DNA of 64,000 bases from Trypanosoma brucei (taxonomy: Eukaryota): NCBI GenBank assembly GCA_000002445.1, contig CM000208.1, positions 672,001 through 736,000 of the forward strand. Reading direction: 5' to 3'. The notes below the pieces were generated by a model that was given only the letters and a program-made list of their open reading frames with translations, searched no databases and was not told the origin of the DNA. Position 1 is the first letter of the stretch, and each line of letters starts with the position of its first letter. The position numbers were made by a program, and so were the translations under genes. This document shows, piece by piece, positions 38,164 through 48,185 of the stretch.

Positions 38164-41100
38164 ATGCTAAAAGGAGGTAGCAGTACATCTTTCCTGCTTC
38201 CGCAGCAGTTTGTTGAACCGCTTCCTCACGCACCTGTAGAGATTAGTGCACTACACTACGGCCTTCTTTCTCGTAACGATGTGCATCGTCTTTCCGTACT
38301 TCCATGTCGCCGTGTTGTTGGTGATGTTAAAGAGTACGGAGTCAATGACGCCCGTCTTGGCGTATGCGACCGTCTTTCCATCTGCGAAACTTGCGGACTC
38401 AACAGCATCGAGTGTGTTGGACATCCGGGTCACATTGACCTCGAGGCACCAGTTTTTCATCTTGGTTTCTTCACCACAGTGTTGCGAATTTGCCGTACTA
38501 TATGCAAACGCTGCTCGCATGTGTTACTAGATGATACTGAAATCGATTATTATAAGAGGCGTTTGTCGTCTTCATCCCTCGAACCGCTGCAGCGCACGAT
38601 GCTCATTAAAACGATACAAACGGATGCATATAAGACACGTGTGTGCCTTAAGTGTGGCGGTCTGAACGGCGTAGTACGGCGTGTGCGACCAATGAGGCTT
38701 GTTCACGAAAAATATCACGTGGAGCCTCGCCGTGGTGAGGGGCCTAGGGAGAACCCTGGTGGTTTCTTTGACGCTGAGCTGCGAACTGCATGTGCTTACA
38801 ACAAGGTCGTCGGCGAGTGTAGAGAGTTCGTTCACGACTTCCTTGACCCCGTACGTGTCCGGCAGCTATTTCTTGCGGTTCCACCTGGGGAAGTCATACT
38901 GTTAGGCCTAGCACCTGGAGTTAGTCCTACGGATCTACTCATGACAACACTTCTTGTGCCTCCCGTGCCCGTGCGGCCACGAGGGTGTGCGGGGACAACG
39001 ACCGTTCGCGATGATGATCTCACAGCTCAGTACAACGACATCCTGGTCAGCACAGATACCATGCAGGACGGATCTCTTGATGCCACTAGGTATACGGAGA
39101 CGTGGGAGATGTTGCAGATGAGGGCAGCGAGGCTACTTGATTCGAGTCTTCCAGGGTTTCCACCAAATGTCCGTACCAGTGATTTGAAATCATATGCTCA
39201 AAGACTAAAGAGCAAACATGGCAGGTTCCGCTGTAACCTCAGTGGGAAACGTGTAGACTACTCGGGTCGCTCCGTCATTTCACCCGACCCAAATCTTGAT
39301 GTGGATGAGCTCGCAGTGCCCCTTCATGTTGCCCGTGTGCTGACCTACCCTCAAAGAGTTTTCAAGGCCAACCATGAGCTAATGCGTCGACTTGTGCGCA
39401 ACGGCCCGCACGTTCACCCTGGCGCCACTACCGTTTACCTGGCGCAGGAAGGCTCAAAGAAGTCCCTCAAGAACGAGCGGGATCGACACCGCCTGGCAGC
39501 ACGCCTTGCAGTTGGAGACATTGTTGAGCGACATGTGATGAATGGTGACTTGGTTTTATTTAATCGCCAGCCTTCGCTTCATCGTGTTTCAATGATGGCC
39601 CATCGTGCTCGAGTGCTGCCTTTCCGCACGTTTCGTTTCAATGAGTGTTGTTGCGCACCTTATAATGCTGATTTCGATGGTGACGAAATGAATGTGCATT
39701 TTGTTCAAACCGAAAAGGCTCGGGCAGAAGCTCTTCAACTTATGTCCACCGCGAGGAACATCATTTCAGCGAAAAATGGTGAGCCAATTATTGCGTGTAC
39801 ACAAGATTTTTTGGCCGCTGCATACCTTGTAACATCTCGCGATGTTTTTTTTGACCGTGGCGAGTTCTCGCAGATGGTGTCGCATTGGCTCGGCCCAGTA
39901 ACGCAATTTAGACTGCCCATTCCCGCTATATTGAAACCCGTAGAGCTATGGACGGGAAAACAGTTGTTTGAACTCATTGTACGTCCCTCACCTGAGGTGG
40001 ATGTACTGTTGAGTTTTGAGGCTCCAACAAAGTTCTACACGAGGAAGGGTAAGCACGACTGTGCAGAGGAGGGCTATGTGGCATTCCTTGATTCCTGTTT
40101 TATATCAGGCCGCCTCGACAAGAAGTTATTAGGTGGAGGAGCAAAGGATGGACTTTTCGCACGGCTACACACCATTGCTGGGGGTGGGTACACAGCGCGT
40201 GTTATGTCTCGCATTGCACAGTTCACTTCACGGTACCTAACAAATTATGGGTTTAGCCTGGGCCTCGGCGATGTTGCGCCAACCCCAGAGTTGAACAAAC
40301 AGAAAGCAGCAGTTCTAGCGCGCTCTGTAGAGGTATGTGATGGTTTAATCAAATCAGCGAAGACGGGGCGGATGATACCCCTTCCGGGTCTTACTGTCAA
40401 GCAATCACTGGAGGCGCGTCTCAATACGGAGTTGTCGAAGGTGCGTGACGAGTGCGGTACCGCAGCCGTACAAACACTTTCCATCCACAACAATACGCCG
40501 CTGATCATGGTGCAATCGGGTAGTAAAGGTAGTGCCCTGAACATTGCTCAAATGATGGCCTGCGTGGGCCAGCAGACTGTAAGTGGGAAGCGTATTTTGG
40601 ACGCCTTTCAGGACCGCTCGCTCCCACATTTCCACCGTTTTGAAGAGGCACCTGCAGCCCGTGGGTTTGTGGCTAACTCGTTTTACTCTGGCCTCTCCCC
40701 GACAGAGTTTTTCTTTCACACAATGGCAGGACGTGAGGGTCTCGTCGATACGGCAGTCAAGACGGCAGAAACGGGGTATATATATCGGCGCCTGATGAAG
40801 GCAATGGAAAACTTGAGCGTACGGTACGACGGCACGGTGCGTAACACGAAAGGAGACGTAATACAGCTAAGGTTTGGTGAAGATGGCCTTGACCCTCAGC
40901 TCATGGAGGGTAATAGCGGCACACCTCTGAACTTGGAGCAGGAATGGCTTAGTGTTCGAGCGGCGTATGCACGTTGGGTCGTGGGACTGCTTGCTGGAAG
41001 TAAGACGGCAAGTGACGGAAATGCAATACGAGATAATGAAAATTACTTTAACGAGTTTATTTCGATGCTTCCAACAGAGGGACCTTCGTTTGTAGAAATG

Positions 41101-42756
41101 TGCTTGAATGGGGATCAAGAGGCGCTAAAAGTTTGTGAGGAACAGGAGTCTCGAGAAGATGCTTTGCATAACAGCAACGGGAAAACTAATGATAGGGAGA
41201 GCAGGCCACGTACAGGAAGACTGCGTCGGGCAGTGTTAATTTCCCATCTGGTTAAAGTTTGCAGTAGAAAGTTCAAAGATGATATCCAAGACTTCTTCGT
41301 GAAAAAGGTGAGGGAACAGCAACGGATCCGCAACCTGCTCAACCTTCCCAACACGAGTCGTGAGCGAACGGAGGGGGGAGGTGACAATAGTGGGCCTATT
41401 GCAAATAAGAGAACCAAAAAGAGAGCACCGTCACTGAAGGTCAAAGACAGCAAAGAAGGGGGAAGGGTTTCCGAGTTGCGGGACCTTGAGATGCTTCAGA
41501 CCGAACTACTTCCGCTGACACGCGGAATGGTAACACGATTCATTGCTCAATGCGCAAGCAAGTATCTGCGTAAGGCATGTGAGCCTGGTACCCCGTGCGG
41601 CGCCATTGCTGCCCAATCTGTTGGTGAGCCAAGTACTCAGATGACTTTGCGTACCTTTCACTTTGCTGGTGTGGCGAGCATGAGCATTACGCAGGGTGTT
41701 CCTCGACTAGTGGAGGTCATCAACGCCAATCGCAATATTGCTACACCCGTTGTCACAGCTCCAGTACTACTTATGGAAGGGGAGGAAAACCATTGCGAAA
41801 TATTCAGGAAGCGGGCACGGTTCGTGAAGGCCCAGATTGAGCGCGTGCTGTTACGTGAGGTTGTGTCCGAAATTGTGGAGGTGTGCAGTGACACTGAATT
41901 TTACCTCCGTGTGCACCTTAATATGTCCGTTATTACAAAACTGCATCTACCCATCAACGCCATCACCGTTCGTCAGCGCATTCTTGCGGCCGCTGGGCAT
42001 ACCATGTCTCCCCTTCGGATGCTAAACGAGGATTGTATAGAGGTATTCAGCCTCGACACACTCGCTGTATATCCCCACTTTCAGGATGCCCGTTGGGTTC
42101 ACTTTAGTCTCCGACGCATCCTCGGGTTACTCCCCGACGTTGTAGTTGGGGGCATCGGAGGCATTAACCGTGCGATGATATCCTCAAACGGCACTGAAGT
42201 GTTGGCAGAAGGCGCGGAGCTGCGTGCCGTAATGAATCTTTGGGGTGTCGACTCTACTCGGGTGGTCTGTAATCACGTGGCCGTGGTGGAGCGTGTGCTG
42301 GGTATTGAAGCTGCGCGCCGTGTGATCGTGGACGAGATACAAAACATACTCAAGGCATACAGTCTAAGCATTGACGTTCGGCACGTGTACCTCCTTGCGG
42401 ATCTCATGACTCAACGAGGTGTGGTGCTTGGAATTACGCGATACGGCATTCAAAAAATGAACTTCAACGTTCTTACCATGGCTTCATTTGAGCGCACCAC
42501 GGACCATTTGTACAATGCCGCAGCCACTCAACGAGTTGACCGGGATCTCAGTGTGTCAGACAGTATTATCGTAGGGAAACCTGTCCCATTAGGGACAACA
42601 TCCTTCGATCTCTTGTTAGACGGTTCCATAAGCAACGATGTTCTCCCTCCTCAGCGTTGCGTGAAACGCGGGATGGGCCCCAACTTCCACACCGCAAAAC
42701 GACATCATCTGGTACCTCTTGCCGCTGAGGGTGTTTTTCGTTTGGATCTTTTTTAA
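38164..42756 (+). CDS. RPC1: RNA polymerase III largest subunit (C160/RPC1-like), 1530 aa with no heptad CTD.
   Basis: 1530-aa ORF starting at an ATG. [46 protein letters not shown] is nearly identical to yeast C160 [46 protein letters not shown]. The [10 protein letters not shown] active-site motif is present. The C-terminal block [14 protein letters not shown]...[10 protein letters not shown] matches C160 ASFEKTTDHLFDAA...SIGTGSFKVV and stops without a CTD, which argues against RPB1. The length matches my recollection of the trypanosome Pol III subunit. Confidence 0.9.
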   Translation: [1530 protein letters not shown]

Positions 42757-43543
42757 ACGTTTTCAAGGAACGAAATGGCAATAGCGGTGGTGATGACGGA
42801 AACAAAATAAGTAAAAGGTTGAAGTTATGTGTGGACAGGTGATTGTGGTCGCACGTATATGGGCGAGTATTTTGCCTAATGTTAGTATCTTCTTGAGGGA
42901 TGAGAGGGGAGAATGAAGCGGTGTATTTCTTTACACACACAAGCCAGTGGAGTTGTGTGACTGATTGTGGTGCTTGTAAGGTGCCAGTTGCATGGGCTGG
43001 CGTTGGAAACGTGTTGAATATTACGTGTAACGGTGCTTAATTGCCATGCTGAAGCATGTGGCGTATCCAAAGGAAGATGGTTGGGGAAGTGACGGGAGTG
43101 TGGGGAAAATGTTTTACTTTATTTTCTGCTCCTGGTACATGAACAAATCCGGTCGGGGAGGAAATGTAGTTTGTGAAGATATGTAGCCATTCACTTCCTT
43201 TATTCCCTTTCAATGTTCGCTTTGAGTACTTGTCTTTCCTTTGGCACCATTTTGTTGGTGGAATTTCCCCACTTTTTATTTTGAAAAAATCACTATACCA
43301 ACTCGAATCATTTATTCGGCGGGAAAGGAATGCATGCCTCATGGATGCTCATCCTCGTTGGTTTTGTCACTCATGCTTGTTTTACCTTTGTCCTGCTGCC
43401 GAAGTTTTTTTTTTTTGCTCTCATCGGATATAACTAGTGGTTCTGAATAATCTTCATTAGGTCTGTACCGCCAGCAGTTTTACTGTGTTAAGTGGTGGGA
43501 GATTAAGGGGGTAATATCGGACACAACGACGTTAGCAGTGAGA

Positions 43544-46500
43544 ATGGACAACTCTGAGGCTGTGAGGAAGGGAGGCATACGACCCGGAGTGACATCGGGG
43601 GATGTGGGGAGGATTGAGAAAAGGAACTCGGAACCGCAACATTCTATCTTCGGAACTGAAGTTGCGGGGGGTTTGACAACCGAAAGATTTGTTTCATCCA
43701 CGCGTAACTTTGCAACGACTCGAAAAGTACAAAAGCTGCTAGACGTTACTGTCAATGACAACTTTCGGGAGCTAGTTCTCTACATGAATGATGTTGTGCC
43801 AGAGTTTCTTGAGGGCTTATATTTTCAGAGAGGGGATTTGCCATCCGGCGGAAGCGAGAAAACAACGCCACTTCAACGCCCCCAACAACATAACAGTGCA
43901 GTTGCGTCTGTGAATGCAAATGGTGTTACAACTGCCACCACTACCACAACTACCGGCACTGCTTCATCCCTTAGCTCGCACTCTTCAGCAGCGCTCCGTG
44001 CAGCGCTTGAGGGTCGTGTTGTGGATGTTCACCAACGTTTTTTGCAGGAGTGGTCGACCCTCAACGAGGTGTTTGAGGAAGTGTATTCGTTAGTAACAAA
44101 ACTTCATCGTGAAAGTGAGGTACTTGAGGCGACTCTAGGTGCTCATGCCGCTCAGGCAGAAGATTTTTCCGGTCTCATGACAACACTCCAAGCTGAGTTG
44201 ACTTTGGTTCATCAGAGGGAGAGGGAAATAAAGGAGTTCCAAGGCAGATATCACTTTACAGCGGAAGAGCAGCGGATATTAGAGGAGGGGTCTGTTGATA
44301 CCACTTACCTTGATGTGCTTAGCAGTGTGCAAGCGACTCACCGTGAGTGCCGTCAGATGCTCCTCTCGCGTGAAAGCTACCAGAGCGCTGCAGCAGTGAT
44401 GGACAGCACGTACATTGCTATAATAAAGGGTACAGAAAAGGTGGCACGCCATCTAAAAACCCTGTCGGGTCGCTCAACCTCGGGTCCTACATCCAGCTGC
44501 GGGGAGGCACCAGAATTGACCAATTTTTACTTGCGGTGCATGAATTTTCTCCGAGAGGAGAACAAAGCACAGTGGGCATCGGTTGTAGAGGAGGTTGCTC
44601 GGTTGCGACGCGCAGCGGTACTTCGGCAATATTTTCATCTTCTGACCACCGGTTCCACGACGACGGCTTCCCGCACGTATCACATGGGGGGTGGGGAACG
44701 CCACAACTCAGCAGGGGGAGGTGAAGGCAGTAGTGCGGGTATACGACCATTAGAGGCGGAGATCGGCAACCCCGTTTTTTTCTTTAGTTCACTCTTCGCT
44801 TGGTTGCACCAGGCAATTGTGGACGAAGACGATTTCTTTTCAACTTTCTTCACTTCCCCAGTGTTGGAGCCACGCCAACCACCGCTTTCTGGTGGGAAAG
44901 GTGAGTGCACTGATGCGTTAGAGGGTGGTAGAGGCTCTCCGTGTTCCGCGACGGTGGCAAATCACTTTGACGAACCCGTCGGTGAAGATTTGATGTTGAG
45001 TAAGTCATCGGTTCTCGATTCCGTCTTTGACGTTCTCTGCAAACATATCCAAAGTGTGCTGGAGGGCGTGCTGGAGAGGTTTCTGCGGACGGCGTCGAAT
45101 CTCCAAGATGCTGATGGGGTTGGTTCGAACACCGGTGAAGCGGGATCCCCTGGCACCGAAGATTTTAGTAGTAAAGCGGGATCCTCCCGAATGGGACCCT
45201 CGGGGCCTATTGGTCTTACTGGTGGCATCGCGCGTCTTCTTTCGGCTGCGGCGGGCCGCCCACTCTCCTTGGTTTCGGGTGCTTCAAAAGCAGAAAATCG
45301 CTACCAACACGTGATGAACCGCTCGCAGTTGGAGGCGCTGGTGGCAACGACGGTGTCAAGCCTGACAAGTGGTCTTCAAACAACTCATGCCCTACTGCAG
45401 CTCTTTACATATTGCAGCACCAGTACGTTTACCGCTTTACTTGGCCGTGATGCCGCACTCACGCGTCTAATCGCAGACGATGGAAAGATGCAGCTACTTC
45501 GTGTGTATCATACGATAGCCAAACACCTCTCAGACCACTCGTTAGATAGTGTGGCAGGTGTTGTCAGTCGTTCTGCCATTCTCCGCCGGTTGGCGTCTGC
45601 TGAAGCACTGGAATGGAAATTGGGAGGCACTGCCAGGTACTTCGTTGTTGACTTTTTGCTCGAATACAAAGTGGAGGATGAACGTGGGTTAGATGGTAGT
45701 TCCTTCCATGAAGACCAAATGAAAGCGCAGGAAAGATCGGCTTCTACACAAGGGTTGAAGCCCTCAAGTTTCAGTGGCCGACCCGCTAGTTGTAATCCTT
45801 ATTTGCGTAGTGGTCTCTCCAAGCATCAGGCACAGGCGGCTGAGTTGCTTCGCACACTCGAAACCATGGTTCTTCCCGTGCCTCCTGAAGTAGCGGAGTG
45901 CCTCCGTGTTTTGCAAGCCACTATGGTCGAAGCACAGAAGCATGCGGAAATTATGGAGTCCCTCCACGTTTCTCCATCGTATGGTTTAGTGCAGGAGGTC
46001 TCTGGAGGAGCTGAGGCGGCCAGTGCTGCCCCTCCATGCAGCGAGCAGTTCTTTGCCGTGATTGTGCAGCATTTGATGTCATTTCCAACGGTACTGGCGC
46101 ACCAACCTGTTTTAAGCAGCGGCGTTGACGAACCTTGCAAGTTGGTGATTCAACTGAATACCATGAATGCCTTATATGAAACGCTTGTCCCTCACACAGG
46201 CAGTTCCGCGAGCGGAAGCAAGTTGGCTCATTACACCATGCCTCTCTTGAGCACTGTAATGGAGCGCATTGAAGACCTTATAAAGGAATTGGTAGCAGCC
46301 CTCTCCCAGTGTGTCGCGCGACACTACTTGGGAGAGGCCACGAATGAAGGTGATGAAATGGAAAAGGCTATTTGTACTCCCGAAGCGGCTAAAACTATCG
46401 AGTCTACTGGCGGGGGGGATGGTGAGGGTGGTGTGGCCGCTAAGGAATTTGACACTCGCACCGTCATGGATAAACTTAATGAATTTTATAGTGTTGTAGC

Positions 46501-46750
46501 GGCCTCAGGCCGACTCTATGTCCCCATTGTTTCTTCGTTGGCCTCACCTCCTTTGCGTGATCGGGTTATGCAGGGTGTGCTAGATATAACTTTAGCTGTG
46601 TACGAAAGACGTTACGAACAACTTCTCAACTTGTCATCAGAAGGGGGCTCTGACATCACTACCACTCTTTCTTCAGATCTTCCGGGCCGCACCTCAGTGG
46701 AGGACCTTCACCCTGACAAGTTACGTATCCTTTTGGACACCACCCCATAA
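43544..46750 (+). CDS. Large hypothetical protein of 1069 aa with Thr- and Ser-rich tracts.
   Basis: First ATG at 43544; the track start at 43538 is GTG. Long + strand ORF with no motif I recognise. Confidence 0.6.
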   Translation: MDNSEAVRKGGIRPGVTSGDVGRIEKRNSEPQHSIFGTEVAGGLTTERFVSSTRNFATTRKVQKLLDVTVNDNFRELVLYMNDVVPEFLEGLYFQRGDLPSGGSEKTTPLQRPQQHNSAVASVNANGVTTATTTTTTGTASSLSSHSSAALRAALEGRVVDVHQRFLQEWSTLNEVFEEVYSLVTKLHRESEVLEATLGAHAAQAEDFSGLMTTLQAELTLVHQREREIKEFQGRYHFTAEEQRILEEGSVDTTYLDVLSSVQATHRECRQMLLSRESYQSAAAVMDSTYIAIIKGTEKVARHLKTLSGRSTSGPTSSCGEAPELTNFYLRCMNFLREENKAQWASVVEEVARLRRAAVLRQYFHLLTTGSTTTASRTYHMGGGERHNSAGGGEGSSAGIRPLEAEIGNPVFFFSSLFAWLHQAIVDEDDFFSTFFTSPVLEPRQPPLSGGKGECTDALEGGRGSPCSATVANHFDEPVGEDLMLSKSSVLDSVFDVLCKHIQSVLEGVLERFLRTASNLQDADGVGSNTGEAGSPGTEDFSSKAGSSRMGPSGPIGLTGGIARLLSAAAGRPLSLVSGASKAENRYQHVMNRSQLEALVATTVSSLTSGLQTTHALLQLFTYCSTSTFTALLGRDAALTRLIADDGKMQLLRVYHTIAKHLSDHSLDSVAGVVSRSAILRRLASAEALEWKLGGTARYFVVDFLLEYKVEDERGLDGSSFHEDQMKAQERSASTQGLKPSSFSGRPASCNPYLRSGLSKHQAQAAELLRTLETMVLPVPPEVAECLRVLQATMVEAQKHAEIMESLHVSPSYGLVQEVSGGAEAASAAPPCSEQFFAVIVQHLMSFPTVLAHQPVLSSGVDEPCKLVIQLNTMNALYETLVPHTGSSASGSKLAHYTMPLLSTVMERIEDLIKELVAALSQCVARHYLGEATNEGDEMEKAICTPEAAKTIESTGGGDGEGGVAAKEFDTRTVMDKLNEFYSVVAASGRLYVPIVSSLASPPLRDRVMQGVLDITLAVYERRYEQLLNLSSEGGSDITTTLSSDLPGRTSVEDLHPDKLRILLDTTP

Positions 46751-47409
46751 AGTGGAGTAGGCGCGGAATATAACCCCTTTCAGGCTGCGGGGTTGTAAAA
46801 AAAAAAAAGAGTAAGGGATGGGCGTCTTCATTTATTTTCTACCACCCCAATCTGTTTTGTTGTTGTTGCTGAACTGAGCTGATGAAAATATCTGTTGGGT
46901 CGGTCCGTTGCAATCGAATAAGGACATTCGAGTCACTTGCAGCAATCAATTCACCTTCAAGGTTGATGCCGTTCATCCGGTCGTTACCCACACAACAGCC
47001 TCTGTTTTAGTGAGTGTGCGGTGTTTGGTGCTCCCGTGTAATTCACCTTTTGTCCTTTAAATTCTCGATTTCCCCCTTGCACGGTTATTGGAGGATTCCC
47101 CTTTTCCCACACAATAACCACTTCTCCCACCTCCCCTTTTTAATACTTTTCTTTAGTTTTGTTACTTCTTTATCTTTATTTTCTTTTTTTCTGCCTCTGT
47201 GACAGTGTATTAGTGGGTAAAGTACGGTGGATTCATAAATCTTCTTATCTGCTGTACAGAGACGGCGGTAGCGCGGAAGGCCAAACATCAGCACGGGCAC
47301 AAGCGCAATCTTGCCTCTTTTGTACTGAATTAAGAAGGACGGGCGAAAGACATCCACAAGCGCGCATTTCTGTATCTTTATTTTAAACGAGAGAAGTGGT
47401 AGTGTCAGT

Positions 47410-47892
47410 ATGGTTTTTTATTCTTTTGTACTGGTGATGAAGCCACGACAACGTCGATTCACTTCGCAGGCGTTGCGTGAGATCGGTGTTGCTGTCTATA
47501 GCAACGGTGGTCTTATCAGAAGCATCACAAACGAGGGGATTATGCGGCCCTATAGTCGCTTCCGTGATGCAGACAATACGCCCTTAACGTATGCACGGTA
47601 TATTATACTTCAGCTTGACATGGGTGAGGAAGAAATGGGAAAGGTAGACAAAATCATACGGGAACATCAGGACGTTTTGATGGCGCTAAAGTTGAACAAC
47701 CTGGAGCGACCGGTGGGTATACGAAGTGGGAATAAAGAACTACAGGCCGCTTACTTTCCGCTGGACACTTTCACGCGACTTGAGGAGGAAATTAACTGGT
47801 CACCTCAGACCTCAGCAGATATTTACACACAGTTGGAGATGAACTGGAAGGAATTCTCCCGCACACGTTGGTCCAGTTTTCTGAGAAACTGA
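47410..47892 (+). CDS. Candidate mitochondrial ribosomal protein S6 (bS6 family).
   Basis: 160-aa ORF starting at an ATG. The N-terminal FYSFVLVMKPRQ...ALREIGVAVYSNGGLIRSITNEGIMRPYSRF...YARYIILQLDM fits the bS6 pattern of bacterial S6 (YEIVFMVHPDQ......I...GG.I...EDWGRRQLAY.I......AHY). Confidence 0.5.
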   Translation: MVFYSFVLVMKPRQRRFTSQALREIGVAVYSNGGLIRSITNEGIMRPYSRFRDADNTPLTYARYIILQLDMGEEEMGKVDKIIREHQDVLMALKLNNLERPVGIRSGNKELQAAYFPLDTFTRLEEEINWSPQTSADIYTQLEMNWKEFSRTRWSSFLRN

Positions 47893-48185
47893 ACTATTCA
47901 ACGGTGGTGTGCGCGTTCTTGCCGTGATAGCGAGTGTGTGTTGGATAAGGTTTGGGAACGGGGAAAAGAAATACCCTCGAAGGGATCCTTTGGGCACCTA
48001 TGAAAATTTGTGATATCGATGAGGAGTTGGCTGCGTGTGAATGACTGCACTGACGTTATATTTGTTCTTCCCTTTTTACTCCCTTATTTCACTTCTCTCT
48101 TTTCCCCCTCCCTGTTATTTATTTATTGTGTACATCTGCTCTTGCTTTCCTTTTTTCTTTTTATGGGCATATCAGTTTTAAGAAA

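Noticed and set aside
38164-42756. Considered calling the large RNA polymerase subunit RPB1 (Pol II) or RPA1 (Pol I).
   Set aside because: The protein ends right after the conserved C-terminal cleft block with no repetitive CTD. Its strongest remembered identities are to yeast C160 (Pol III) segments. The 1530-aa length also fits Pol III better than Pol I or Pol II largest subunits.
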